The notes beneath the pieces were generated by a model. The model ran no database searches. It was not told the origin of the DNA and worked only from the letters and a program-made list of their open reading frames with translations. From the NCBI GenBank assembly GCA_023388605.1, contig JAEWFX010000062.1, positions 1 through 54,205 of the forward strand: DNA of 54,205 nucleotides, in the 5' to 3' direction. The position numbers and the translations under genes are program-made. This document shows, piece by piece, positions 17,278 to 26,621 of this stretch; within the stretch, counting starts at the first letter, position 1, and the number at the start of each line of letters is the position of its first letter. Source of the stretch: Bacillota bacterium (GTDB lineage: Bacteria > Bacillota > Clostridia > Saccharofermentanales > DTU023).

Positions 17278-18338
17278 TGCGCCGTAGATCAAAACAAGTA
17301 AAAGTTGGTTCAGTATTAATTGGTGGCGATGCACCCATAGTTGTCCAATCTATGAATAATACGCCCACTACTGATGTCGAGGCGACTTTACAACAGATAA
17401 ATGAACTAGCTGACGCCGGTTGTGAGATAACACGTTTAGCGGTTTTAGACGTACGGGCTGCTCAAGCCTTACATGAGATTTGTGCTAAGAGTCCTTTACC
17501 GATAGTCGCCGACATACATTTCCAGTATAAGTTGGCTCTATTAGCAGTTGAGGCTGGTGTCTCGGCCCTGCGTATCAATCCCGGCAATATCGGTTCTATT
17601 GAACGTGTGCAGGCAGTGGCGGAAGCCTGTGGTAATGCTGGTATACCCATTCGTGTCGGTGTAAATGCAGGTTCTCTAGAGGCAGAGATCAGAGATAAGT
17701 TCGGTGGTATCAATGAAGACGCTCTTTGTGCTTCAGCACTTAAGGCCGTCGATACTTTGCAGAGTACAGGCTTTCAAGACATCGTAGTCTCTGTCAAGGT
17801 ATCTGACCCGATGTTGACAATTAAAACTTATCGTAAACTCGCAGATATGACTGATCTACCTCTGCACTTAGGAGTTACTGAGGCCGGAACTCTCAAGCAG
17901 GGAACTGTGCGATCTGCGGTGGGTATCGGTACATTGCTCGCCGAGGGTATAGGTGATACTATACGTGTTTCTCTGACCGCTGATCCTGTGCATGAAATTC
18001 AGGTGGCCTATGATATCTTGAAATCGCTCAATCTACGCGACAAAGGTGCTCTCTTGATCAGTTGTCCTACTTGTGGTCGTACACAGGTGCAATTACAGCA
18101 ACTGGCAGAACAAGTAGAGGATTTGATCGCTGATGTCAAACAACCGATTAAAGTTGCAGTTATGGGTTGTCCTGTCAACGGTCCTGGTGAAGCTAAGGAA
18201 GCCGATATCGGTATCGCCGGTGGACGCGGTAATTACTTAATCTTCAAAAAGGGTGAAGTGATCAGCAGAGTCGATGAAGAGAATGCCTTACCTGCTTTGG
18301 CAAGTGAGATAGATAAAATCATTCAGGAGCATGAATAA
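17274..18338 (+). CDS. ispG: 4-hydroxy-3-methylbut-2-en-1-yl diphosphate synthase
   Basis: VQSMNNTPT, RINPGNIG and the C-terminal Fe-S ligands CPTCGRT and GCPVNGPGE. Confidence 0.95.
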   Translation: MMRRRSKQVKVGSVLIGGDAPIVVQSMNNTPTTDVEATLQQINELADAGCEITRLAVLDVRAAQALHEICAKSPLPIVADIHFQYKLALLAVEAGVSALRINPGNIGSIERVQAVAEACGNAGIPIRVGVNAGSLEAEIRDKFGGINEDALCASALKAVDTLQSTGFQDIVVSVKVSDPMLTIKTYRKLADMTDLPLHLGVTEAGTLKQGTVRSAVGIGTLLAEGIGDTIRVSLTADPVHEIQVAYDILKSLNLRDKGALLISCPTCGRTQVQLQQLAEQVEDLIADVKQPIKVAVMGCPVNGPGEAKEADIGIAGGRGNYLIFKKGEVISRVDEENALPALASEIDKIIQEHE

Positions 18339-21300
18339 TAGTCTCGTAGAATTTCTTAAATATTTATTAGCTGAGTCTGAATTAGCTGATGTAGATTTAC
18401 AGAGCTTATCTACTGTAAAAATATGCAAGATGCAATGTCTAGCAGAGGGTTGTTTAGTAGTGCACTTAGTGACTCCTCATATCCTCGATCTAGGTCTGCA
18501 GATAGGCATAGAGCAATTGTTGGAAAACCATCTGCAAATTTCTGAAGTCATCATCAAGCAATATCACGAGGATACAGAGATAGACTACGATACATTCATC
18601 GCTGGCATACCCCAGTGGTTATTGCGTCATGCCGATAAAAACCAAAGTCTCTTAGCTACAGTTTTACAGAATACACAGTATTCGATCACCGAAAATATGG
18701 AATTAATCTGTCAGCTGCCCACAGGAACTGAACAGATTATCGAGAACAAGAAAAGTTGGATACATAGTTTTTGGCGACAATATGCACCTCTAGATCTCGA
18801 GCTTAAATTGGTCAGTGATGAAGCTGAACTCGAAGAACGTTTGGAGCGTACTATCAACCTCCTCGCCGATACCAGAGAGACAGTTCTAGCTGAACATCAA
18901 TGTTGCCATCACCATCATCATACTGAGCCTATTCAGCCGATTAAAAACAAGTATAAACGCGTCAAAAACCGTAACAGTGATCAGGTTATTTGGGGCCGAA
19001 CTGGCAAAGAGTTACCTCTTATATCTATTAGTGATATCGATAATGAAACTGATCGAGCACTATTCAAAGGTCAGGTTTTCGATTTTGAGAGCCGTAATCT
19101 ACGTTCAGGCAACCAGATGATCAAGTTTGCAGTAACTGATATGACTGGCTCCATCGAATGTGTTCTCTTCGTTGATCCAGAGACTGGGCAAGAGTTAGAA
19201 GAAAAGATCAAAAATCAGTACCTACAGATAACTGCTGATATAAGTTTCGACCATCGTTTCACAAATGATTACCAAGCAAAAGTTACCTGTATTGAGCGAG
19301 CAGTAAAACCGCAGAAGCGACAGGATACTTATGCCGATAAGCGTGTAGAATTACATATTCACTCCAAAATGTCAGCTAAGGATGCCATATCTGATCCTGC
19401 GCGTATTATTACTAGAGCGCATGAATTTGGACATCATGCCATTGCCTTGACAGATCACGGCGTAGTACAAGGATTCCCTGAGGCTGCTAATGCTGTGGCG
19501 AAAATCAATAAAAATGGTGGCGAACTCAAATTAATCTACGGTGTTGAAGCCTATTTATTAGATGACGGTCTAGATTGCATCTCCTATCTTTGTGAGGAAG
19601 TCGATCTCAGCGAGGGACTAGTTTTATTAGATATACATACCTGTGGTTCTAGACCAGCTCGCGGTGCAGTTAGCAGTGTAGATCTCTACAAGCTTTCTGC
19701 GGAAAAATTGAAATTATTTCTGTCAGCTGATAATAGAAGCGACGATGGTATAGATGAACTCAAAGCTTCGATTACTCACGATAGTTATAGATTGCGTAGT
19801 CAAGCAGAAGCAGAAGCTATCTGTGAGAGATTACATAGCGGTGAGACGCAAGAAGACATCGCTAACAACCCAGAGGTCGTCGATGTTTTATACAGTATTC
19901 AGTCTGACATCGCATCTAAACCCGTTATTATTGCGGGTGGTCTCAGCAAGCTCAATTATTTGCGTTACGAGGGTTTTCGCATCGCTGACAATGCTCCTAC
20001 TATCAAATTCAATCCAGCTGTCATCGATTGGCAAGTTTTAGCTGACCATGCAAGCGTATCTGATGAACTAACCGACAAGTCTTCCATACTTACTTGTTTT
20101 GTCAAAAATTGTGCAGAGTGGGGCATTCAATTGAATACTCCTCTGGTGCAACTAAATAAATTAGTTGATTGGAAATCATTTAATCAGCTTAGAGATGAGA
20201 AGAAGCGTACTAATCACATCATTCTGTTAGCTGAGGATAATCTCGGTCTATACAATCTTTATCGTATGGTCTCTGATGCTCACCTCAAGTATTTCTATTA
20301 CAAACCACGCACACCGCGTTCTATCCTCAAATATTTTGGGGCTGGCATCATCGTGGGGGCTGCTTGTGTATACGGCGAAGTGTTCATGAGCATCCTCGAT
20401 GCCTACCAACGTGCTGGCAGCGATTATGCCAAAGCTTGTCAGCTATTAGACGATGAAAGATTAAAGCGTGTTGCACAATTTTATGATTATCTGGAAGTGC
20501 AGCCACTAGGTAATAATCGCTTTTTAACTCGTACAGAAGGTAGTGGTGTCGCCAATGACATTGACCTGCAAAATCTGAATCGTTTGGTAATAAAACTCGG
20601 TGAGTTGGTTGATCGACCAGTATGTGCGACCTCAGATTCTCACTTTTTAGAACCTGAGGACGATGTCTATCGCCGCATACTTTTGACTGATATGAATTTT
20701 GATGATGCGGATGATTCGCCTGATCTGTATTTCCGCACAACTGACGAGATGTACCGTGAGTTTGCTTACTTGCCATCTGAACAGTGCGATCAAGTTATTT
20801 TATCCAATCCACAGGCTATAGCGGCACGGGTACAGAAGAATATGAAACCTTTTCCCGATGGATCATTTCCTCCCATCATAAGCAGTGCAGCACGGGAAAT
20901 CGAAGATTTGACTATGGCTACAGCCCATCAAATATATGGGCGTGACGGTGTGCTGCCAGATATTGTAGAAGCGAGAGTCAAGCGAGAACTTTCTTCCATC
21001 ATCGACAATGGTTTTGCCATCATGTACTACATCGCGCACAAACTAGTCAAACAGAGCAATGACGATGGTTATGTAGTCGGCTCACGTGGTTCGGTGGGAT
21101 CATCGCTGGTAGCAACTCTCTGTGGCATCACCGAAGTCAACCCGCTGTTACCACATTACATATGTCCTCAATGTCACTACTTTGAAGCAGATGAATCTGG
21201 TACTTATGGTTCGGGTTTTGATCTGCCAGCAAAGAAATGTCCTCATTGCGGAGCGGACCTCAAGCGTGAGGGACAGGATATCCCCTTTGAAACCTTCCTA

Positions 21301-22758
21301 GGTTTTGACGGCGACAAACAACCAGATATAGATTTAAATTTTTCTGGCTTTTACCAAGCGACTGCACACAGATTTATCGAAGATATGTTCGGCAAATCTC
21401 ATACTTATCGTGCAGGCACTATCAGTGGTTATGCTGAGAAAAACTCCGTAGCCATGGTGCGTGATTATACAGAGCGTACTCAGCAGCATTGGGGTGGTAC
21501 AGAGATCAAACGTCTCGCTCACGGTCTTCAAGGTATCAAACGTACCACAGGTCAACATCCAGGCGGAATAGTCGTCGTGCCAAAAGAACGCGAGATCTAT
21601 GATTTCACACCAATACAACATCCAGCTGACAAAAGAGATAGTGGTATCATAACAACTCATTTTGACTTTAACGCCATGCACGACACCATCCTAAAGTTGG
21701 ATGTTCTCGGCCATGATAATCCTAGTATGTTGAAGATGTTAGGTGACCAGACGGGTGTGAACATAGCTGATATACCCATTCCAGATCCCAAAGTGATGGA
21801 ATTGTTCAAATCTACTGCAGCCATCGGCATCGATCCTGAGGAATCTACTATTGGTTCAGCTACTATCGGTTTGCCTGAGCTAGGAACTTTTATGGCGCGT
21901 GAGATGATTTCAGAGACAAAACCTCAGCGGTTTTATGACTTAGTACAGTTGTCGGGACTCTCTCATGGTACTGATGTCTGGTCAGGCAATGCGCAGGAGT
22001 TGATCCGCAATGGGACTTGTACCATCAATGAAGTTATCGGTTGTCGTGATAGTATCATGACTTACTTGATCTATCGTGGTCTGCCGAAAAAAGCAGCTTT
22101 TGACATCATGGAGAAGGTGCGTAAGGGCAAGGGTCTTTCCGCTGAACATGAGCAGATGATGCGTGATCATAATGTAGATGATTGGTATATCGAAAGCTGT
22201 AAGAAGATCAAGTATATGTTCCCCAAAGCTCATGCCGTGGCATACATAATGTCAGCCCTACAAATTGCCTGGTTCAAAGTTTATCATCCAGAAAGTTATT
22301 ACTGTGCCTTTTTTACCATCCGTGCAGTCAATGATTTTAGCAGCGATGAGATGTGTCTATCTCCCGATAAGATCCGTATCAAGCGTCAGGAACAACGCAA
22401 GGATTTTAAGAAAATGTCTAAGCCAGACCAGAAAAAATTCTTTGTGCTCGAGTTAGTGGAAGAGATGCAGCATCGAGGAATCAATTTCTTGCCGCTAGAT
22501 TTGTTTGAGTCAAGAGCAACTGAATTTTATTCACCTGAGCCAGGTTGGATACGTCCACCTCTATCTACTATTCCCGGTATCAGTGCCAGTATCGCTGAAG
22601 CCATCGTCCGAGCTAGAGAAGAGGGAGAGATACCTAATTGTGAGATCTTGCAGCGTCGGGCTGGTCTAGGAAAAGCTACCATAGATGCTCTGCAGGTATC
22701 AGGTGTATTGAAAGACTTGCCAGAAACAGCACAGATCGATCTCTTTTCGTTATTATAA
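18331..22758 (+). CDS. polC: DNA polymerase III alpha subunit, PolC type (exonuclease insert appears degenerate)
   Basis: 1475 aa. OB fold (IKFAVTDMTGSIECVLF), PHP ELHIHSKMS...ALTDHG, zinc finger CPQCHY...CPHCG, palm PDIDLNFSG, GQHPGGIVVVP and the C-terminal HhH region are all present. Confidence 0.95.
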   Translation: MNNSLVEFLKYLLAESELADVDLQSLSTVKICKMQCLAEGCLVVHLVTPHILDLGLQIGIEQLLENHLQISEVIIKQYHEDTEIDYDTFIAGIPQWLLRHADKNQSLLATVLQNTQYSITENMELICQLPTGTEQIIENKKSWIHSFWRQYAPLDLELKLVSDEAELEERLERTINLLADTRETVLAEHQCCHHHHHTEPIQPIKNKYKRVKNRNSDQVIWGRTGKELPLISISDIDNETDRALFKGQVFDFESRNLRSGNQMIKFAVTDMTGSIECVLFVDPETGQELEEKIKNQYLQITADISFDHRFTNDYQAKVTCIERAVKPQKRQDTYADKRVELHIHSKMSAKDAISDPARIITRAHEFGHHAIALTDHGVVQGFPEAANAVAKINKNGGELKLIYGVEAYLLDDGLDCISYLCEEVDLSEGLVLLDIHTCGSRPARGAVSSVDLYKLSAEKLKLFLSADNRSDDGIDELKASITHDSYRLRSQAEAEAICERLHSGETQEDIANNPEVVDVLYSIQSDIASKPVIIAGGLSKLNYLRYEGFRIADNAPTIKFNPAVIDWQVLADHASVSDELTDKSSILTCFVKNCAEWGIQLNTPLVQLNKLVDWKSFNQLRDEKKRTNHIILLAEDNLGLYNLYRMVSDAHLKYFYYKPRTPRSILKYFGAGIIVGAACVYGEVFMSILDAYQRAGSDYAKACQLLDDERLKRVAQFYDYLEVQPLGNNRFLTRTEGSGVANDIDLQNLNRLVIKLGELVDRPVCATSDSHFLEPEDDVYRRILLTDMNFDDADDSPDLYFRTTDEMYREFAYLPSEQCDQVILSNPQAIAARVQKNMKPFPDGSFPPIISSAAREIEDLTMATAHQIYGRDGVLPDIVEARVKRELSSIIDNGFAIMYYIAHKLVKQSNDDGYVVGSRGSVGSSLVATLCGITEVNPLLPHYICPQCHYFEADESGTYGSGFDLPAKKCPHCGADLKREGQDIPFETFLGFDGDKQPDIDLNFSGFYQATAHRFIEDMFGKSHTYRAGTISGYAEKNSVAMVRDYTERTQQHWGGTEIKRLAHGLQGIKRTTGQHPGGIVVVPKEREIYDFTPIQHPADKRDSGIITTHFDFNAMHDTILKLDVLGHDNPSMLKMLGDQTGVNIADIPIPDPKVMELFKSTAAIGIDPEESTIGSATIGLPELGTFMAREMISETKPQRFYDLVQLSGLSHGTDVWSGNAQELIRNGTCTINEVIGCRDSIMTYLIYRGLPKKAAFDIMEKVRKGKGLSAEHEQMMRDHNVDDWYIESCKKIKYMFPKAHAVAYIMSALQIAWFKVYHPESYYCAFFTIRAVNDFSSDEMCLSPDKIRIKRQEQRKDFKKMSKPDQKKFFVLELVEEMQHRGINFLPLDLFESRATEFYSPEPGWIRPPLSTIPGISASIAEAIVRAREEGEIPNCEILQRRAGLGKATIDALQVSGVLKDLPETAQIDLFSLL

Positions 22759-22776
22759 GATCTGGGAGGTAGTTTC

Positions 22777-25011
22777 TTGGCGTACGCACATGTTTTATTG
22801 ACTGATTCTACGCGTAAGTATGATCACAATTATACTTATCGATTCGATGAGCAGTTGTGGGATCTACAGCCTGGCCATGTCGTCAAAGTGCCTTTTGGTC
22901 CAGCTAACAGGCGTATGCAAGCAGTTGTCACAGAGATAGTCAAAGATACAGATGACTTAACAGATATCGAATACAAGGAGATACTTGATCTAGTAAAACC
23001 TGAGCCAGTATATAATCGCGAACAGTTGAAGTTGGCTCTAGAAATGCGCAGGCGATATTTTTGTTCGACCGGTCAAGCTTTACGCACCATCGCACCAGCG
23101 GCAGTCCTCGCAGTTAAGTCGAAAAGTGAACGTTATGCTCGTCTGAATGATCCGGCCATGGTCAGTGAGATGTTGGCGGAAGGTGCCTTTCGCTCGCTCA
23201 ATCAAATACGGGTTTTGGAGATGTTATTGAGCTATGAATGCTGTAGTCTACAGGAGATCAGTAATTCCTGCTCAGTTAATACTAATGTGATCACACGCTT
23301 GGCGAAAAACGGCTATATAGAGATTTTTCGTAGACCTGTTAAACGTTTGATGACACAAGCTATGCCGTGGCGAGAAGCTGAAGTCAAAGAATTAACTAAA
23401 GATCAAAAAACAGTGATAGACCGGGTATTGGCTGATTTCAATCGAGGGGTGCAATCGGAGTTCCTCTTACAAGGAGTTACCGGTAGCGGCAAAACAGAAG
23501 TATACCTACAATTAGCAGAACAGGTTTTGCAAGCTGGTCGAGAAGTCATCATATTGGTACCAGAGATTTCCTTGACACCTCTGATGACAGGTAGAATAGT
23601 CAATCGTTTCGGCGACGGCGCGGCTATTTTACACAGTCGTCTCACAGCGACTGAGCGCTATGAACAATGGAACAGTATTGCCAGCGGTCACAAAAAATTA
23701 GTTGTAGGTGCTCGTTCAGCTGTTTTTGCTCCTCTGGCAAATGTCGGTTTGATCATTATCGACGAAGAGCAAGAAGATTGCTATATCTCAGATCTATCTC
23801 CACGTTACGATGCCGCAGAGATAGCTAGACTGAGAAGTCATTTCAATCAGAGCATTTTGTTGCTGGGTTCAGCAACACCTAAGGTAACTACTCGTCATCG
23901 CTGTGAGGCAGGGAAGAGCATTTTATTGGAACTACCCGAAAGAGTCCACGGTAGATGCATGCCAGAAGTGAATATCATTGAATGTAATGGTTTGAACTTA
24001 CGTTCTAATATATTTTCAGATCCATTGCTCGAAGCATTGCAGGCAGCCTTTGCAAGAGGAGAGCAGGCCATACTTTTCCACAATCGTCGTGGCCGATCAC
24101 AGGTGACTTATTGTCAACATTGCGGCAAAAGTATTTTATGTGAAAATTGTGATGTAGCACTCAAGCAACACAATAATCAACATAATAAAGGACAGAAAAT
24201 GTTGATTTGTCATTATTGCGGAAGTGTATCTCCAATACCCAAGCAATGTCCATATTGTGGTAGTGCTGAATTGCTTGAGAACGGTGCTGGCACGCAAGCT
24301 ATAGAAAGTGAATTTATCAGATTATTCCCCGAGCGTAAAATTCTACGCATGGATAAGGATACTACTACTGGACGCGGTGACCATGCCACTATTCTGCGTG
24401 CTTTTGCTGACGGCGAAGCCGACTGCTTGCTCGGCACTCAGATGATCGCTAAAGGTCATGATTTTCCGTCTGTGACAGTGGTAGGGATCACATCAGCAGA
24501 TGATTTGTTGATCGGTCAAAGTTATCGTGCAGCCGAAAAAGGCTTTCAATTGATCACTCAAGCTGCAGGTAGATCTGGCCGCGCTGAACAGCGTGGCAGA
24601 GTATATGTACAAACCAGAGATAGACATAATTATGCATTGAAATATGCTGTGGATCAGGATTATATAGGATTTTATGGAGCAGAACTCGAGAGAAGAAGGG
24701 TATTCGACTATCCGCCTTTTACCAATTTAGGTGTGATAATGTTGGTGGGATCACAAAGAGAAGAAGTAGTCTCGTCCAGTCTGTCTCTAGCTGAATGGTT
24801 AGATAAAACAATTGAACGCAATCAGCTGGCAATCAAAAATTTTGGTGCCGCTGAAGCACCGTTAAATCGCTTGAATAAACGCTGGCGTCAGCGTATAGTC
24901 CTCAAGGCAGAAAAAATAGCCGAATTGAATTGGTTACTCAGTCAAGTGATAGATTTACCACGTCGTGGCGATTATTATCTGACCTGCCAGATCAATGATG
25001 ATTGCCTGTAA
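22777..25011 (+). CDS. priA: Primosomal replication restart helicase PriA
   Basis: Walker A GVTGSGKTEVY, motif II IIIDEEQE, two CxxC pairs (CQHCG...CENCD...CHYCG...CPYCG) and the arginine finger region QAAGRSGR. TTG start with GGGAGG upstream. Confidence 0.9.
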   Translation: MAYAHVLLTDSTRKYDHNYTYRFDEQLWDLQPGHVVKVPFGPANRRMQAVVTEIVKDTDDLTDIEYKEILDLVKPEPVYNREQLKLALEMRRRYFCSTGQALRTIAPAAVLAVKSKSERYARLNDPAMVSEMLAEGAFRSLNQIRVLEMLLSYECCSLQEISNSCSVNTNVITRLAKNGYIEIFRRPVKRLMTQAMPWREAEVKELTKDQKTVIDRVLADFNRGVQSEFLLQGVTGSGKTEVYLQLAEQVLQAGREVIILVPEISLTPLMTGRIVNRFGDGAAILHSRLTATERYEQWNSIASGHKKLVVGARSAVFAPLANVGLIIIDEEQEDCYISDLSPRYDAAEIARLRSHFNQSILLLGSATPKVTTRHRCEAGKSILLELPERVHGRCMPEVNIIECNGLNLRSNIFSDPLLEALQAAFARGEQAILFHNRRGRSQVTYCQHCGKSILCENCDVALKQHNNQHNKGQKMLICHYCGSVSPIPKQCPYCGSAELLENGAGTQAIESEFIRLFPERKILRMDKDTTTGRGDHATILRAFADGEADCLLGTQMIAKGHDFPSVTVVGITSADDLLIGQSYRAAEKGFQLITQAAGRSGRAEQRGRVYVQTRDRHNYALKYAVDQDYIGFYGAELERRRVFDYPPFTNLGVIMLVGSQREEVVSSSLSLAEWLDKTIERNQLAIKNFGAAEAPLNRLNKRWRQRIVLKAEKIAELNWLLSQVIDLPRRGDYYLTCQINDDCL

Positions 25012-25036
25012 TTAGTAATAGTAACAAGGAGTCAAT

Positions 25037-25687
25037 ATGGCAAAGAGAAAAATAGTAGTAGAACCAGATGATGTATTAAAACGCAAAGCACGTCTGCAAG
25101 TTAAATTTGATTCTGATTTGAAAACTTTAGCTGAGGACATGTTAGAGACCATGCACGAAGCCAATGGAGTTGGACTAGCTGCTCCGCAATTAGGGATCTT
25201 ACGGCGTATTTTTACCATGAATGCTTGTGCCTTAGATGTCGAAGAGTGCGATCAGCCAGCTGAATTAAAGCTTAACTATCAAGATGAGAAATTGGCTTTG
25301 GCAAAACAGACTGCACCGGGTGATACCAATGTTGAATTGTTTTCTGAGGATATAGCACGAGTTGAAGATGATAAAGACTATGTATTGATCAATCCGGAGA
25401 TCATCGCTAAGCGTGGTTGTCAGTATGAAGCAGAAGGTTGTTTATCGGTACCTGGCATTTATGGCAATGTCTATCGTCCATATGAGGTGATAGTAGAATA
25501 TAGCGATCTGGAAGGTCAGCGTCAGCGTCTGTGCGGTAAGGGTTTGCAAGCTGCTTGTATATGCCACGAAACAGATCACTTGAACGGTGTGATGTTCTAT
25601 AACAGAGTACCAGAAGATCTCTATCGTGTTGTCGAACAAGAAATCCAGTTCATCTCACCAGAGGAAAGACATAGTTTAGGATTTTAG
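25037..25687 (+). CDS. def: Peptide deformylase with a ~50-aa internal insertion
   Basis: Motif 1 GVGLAAPQ, motif 2 EGCLSVPG and motif 3 HETDHLNG. Confidence 0.9.
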   Translation: MAKRKIVVEPDDVLKRKARLQVKFDSDLKTLAEDMLETMHEANGVGLAAPQLGILRRIFTMNACALDVEECDQPAELKLNYQDEKLALAKQTAPGDTNVELFSEDIARVEDDKDYVLINPEIIAKRGCQYEAEGCLSVPGIYGNVYRPYEVIVEYSDLEGQRQRLCGKGLQAACICHETDHLNGVMFYNRVPEDLYRVVEQEIQFISPEERHSLGF

Positions 25688-25688
25688 C

Positions 25689-26621
25689 ATGCGTAAAGAA
25701 CGTATTATTTTTGCAGGTACGCCAGAATTTGCCGTGCCAGCACTGCGAGCATTAGTTGCTGATGATTATAATGTTGTAGCTGTCTTGACTCAGCCAGATA
25801 AACCTGTCGGCAGGAAGAAAATTATCACTGCCCCACCAGTAAAAGTTGTGGCGGAATCATTGAATATACCTGTATTGCAGCCAGAAAAAGTTAATACTAA
25901 AGATTCCTTAAAGCAAATCGCCAGCTACGCTCCTGATCTTTTGATCACAGCGGCCTACGGTCAGATTTTTCGCTCAGAACTATTGAATTTACCACATAGA
26001 GGTTGCATCAATCTACATGCCTCACTCTTGCCAGCTTATCGTGGTGCAGCACCAGTACAGCGTTCTATTATGAATGGTGATGCAGTGACTGGTATCAGTA
26101 TTATGCACATGGATGTCGGCTGTGATACGGGAGATGTTTATTGTCAGCGAGAACTGATCATAGATCCTGCTGAGACAGCAGAGGATTTGTTATCACGTCT
26201 ATCTGAAGTGGCGAGCGATCTATTGCTTGAGTTTTTACCAGTCTTCTTCGATTCAGGTGTAGAGGCTACAGAGCAGGCCAGTTTAGGTGAGGCTACTCAT
26301 GCAGCACGCATCACCAACGATGATTGTCCGATTTTATGGCAGAGAAGTGCCTTAGATATCCACAATCAAGTGCGTGCTCTATCACCACAACCAGGAGCAT
26401 TTGCCTTTTATCAAAATAAGAAAATAAAGATTCTTAAGACCAGAGTTAGTGGCCAACAATGGACGGGAAATTCCGGAGAAATTGTGGATAACCGCAAGCA
26501 CTTGGTGATCAAATGTGGAGAAGGAGCACTGATAGTAGATCTCTTGCAACCCGCAGGAAAACAACTGCAAGCGGCTAGCGAAGTCGCCCATAACTACCAT
26601 CTGGGAACAATCTTTGTATGA
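25689..26621 (+). CDS. fmt: Methionyl-tRNA formyltransferase
   Basis: IIFAGTPEFAVP and HASLLPAYRGAAPVQ, with synteny after def. Confidence 0.95.
   Translation: MRKERIIFAGTPEFAVPALRALVADDYNVVAVLTQPDKPVGRKKIITAPPVKVVAESLNIPVLQPEKVNTKDSLKQIASYAPDLLITAAYGQIFRSELLNLPHRGCINLHASLLPAYRGAAPVQRSIMNGDAVTGISIMHMDVGCDTGDVYCQRELIIDPAETAEDLLSRLSEVASDLLLEFLPVFFDSGVEATEQASLGEATHAARITNDDCPILWQRSALDIHNQVRALSPQPGAFAFYQNKKIKILKTRVSGQQWTGNSGEIVDNRKHLVIKCGEGALIVDLLQPAGKQLQAASEVAHNYHLGTIFV

Noticed and set aside
20384-20776. A 130-aa minus-strand ORF within polC. Similar antisense ORFs occur in the 5S gene (5478-6476), the hydrolase gene (39206-39604) and dxs/nadK (46183-46562).
   Set aside because: All overlap strongly supported plus-strand genes, and none has a motif, an SD or an independent intergenic start.
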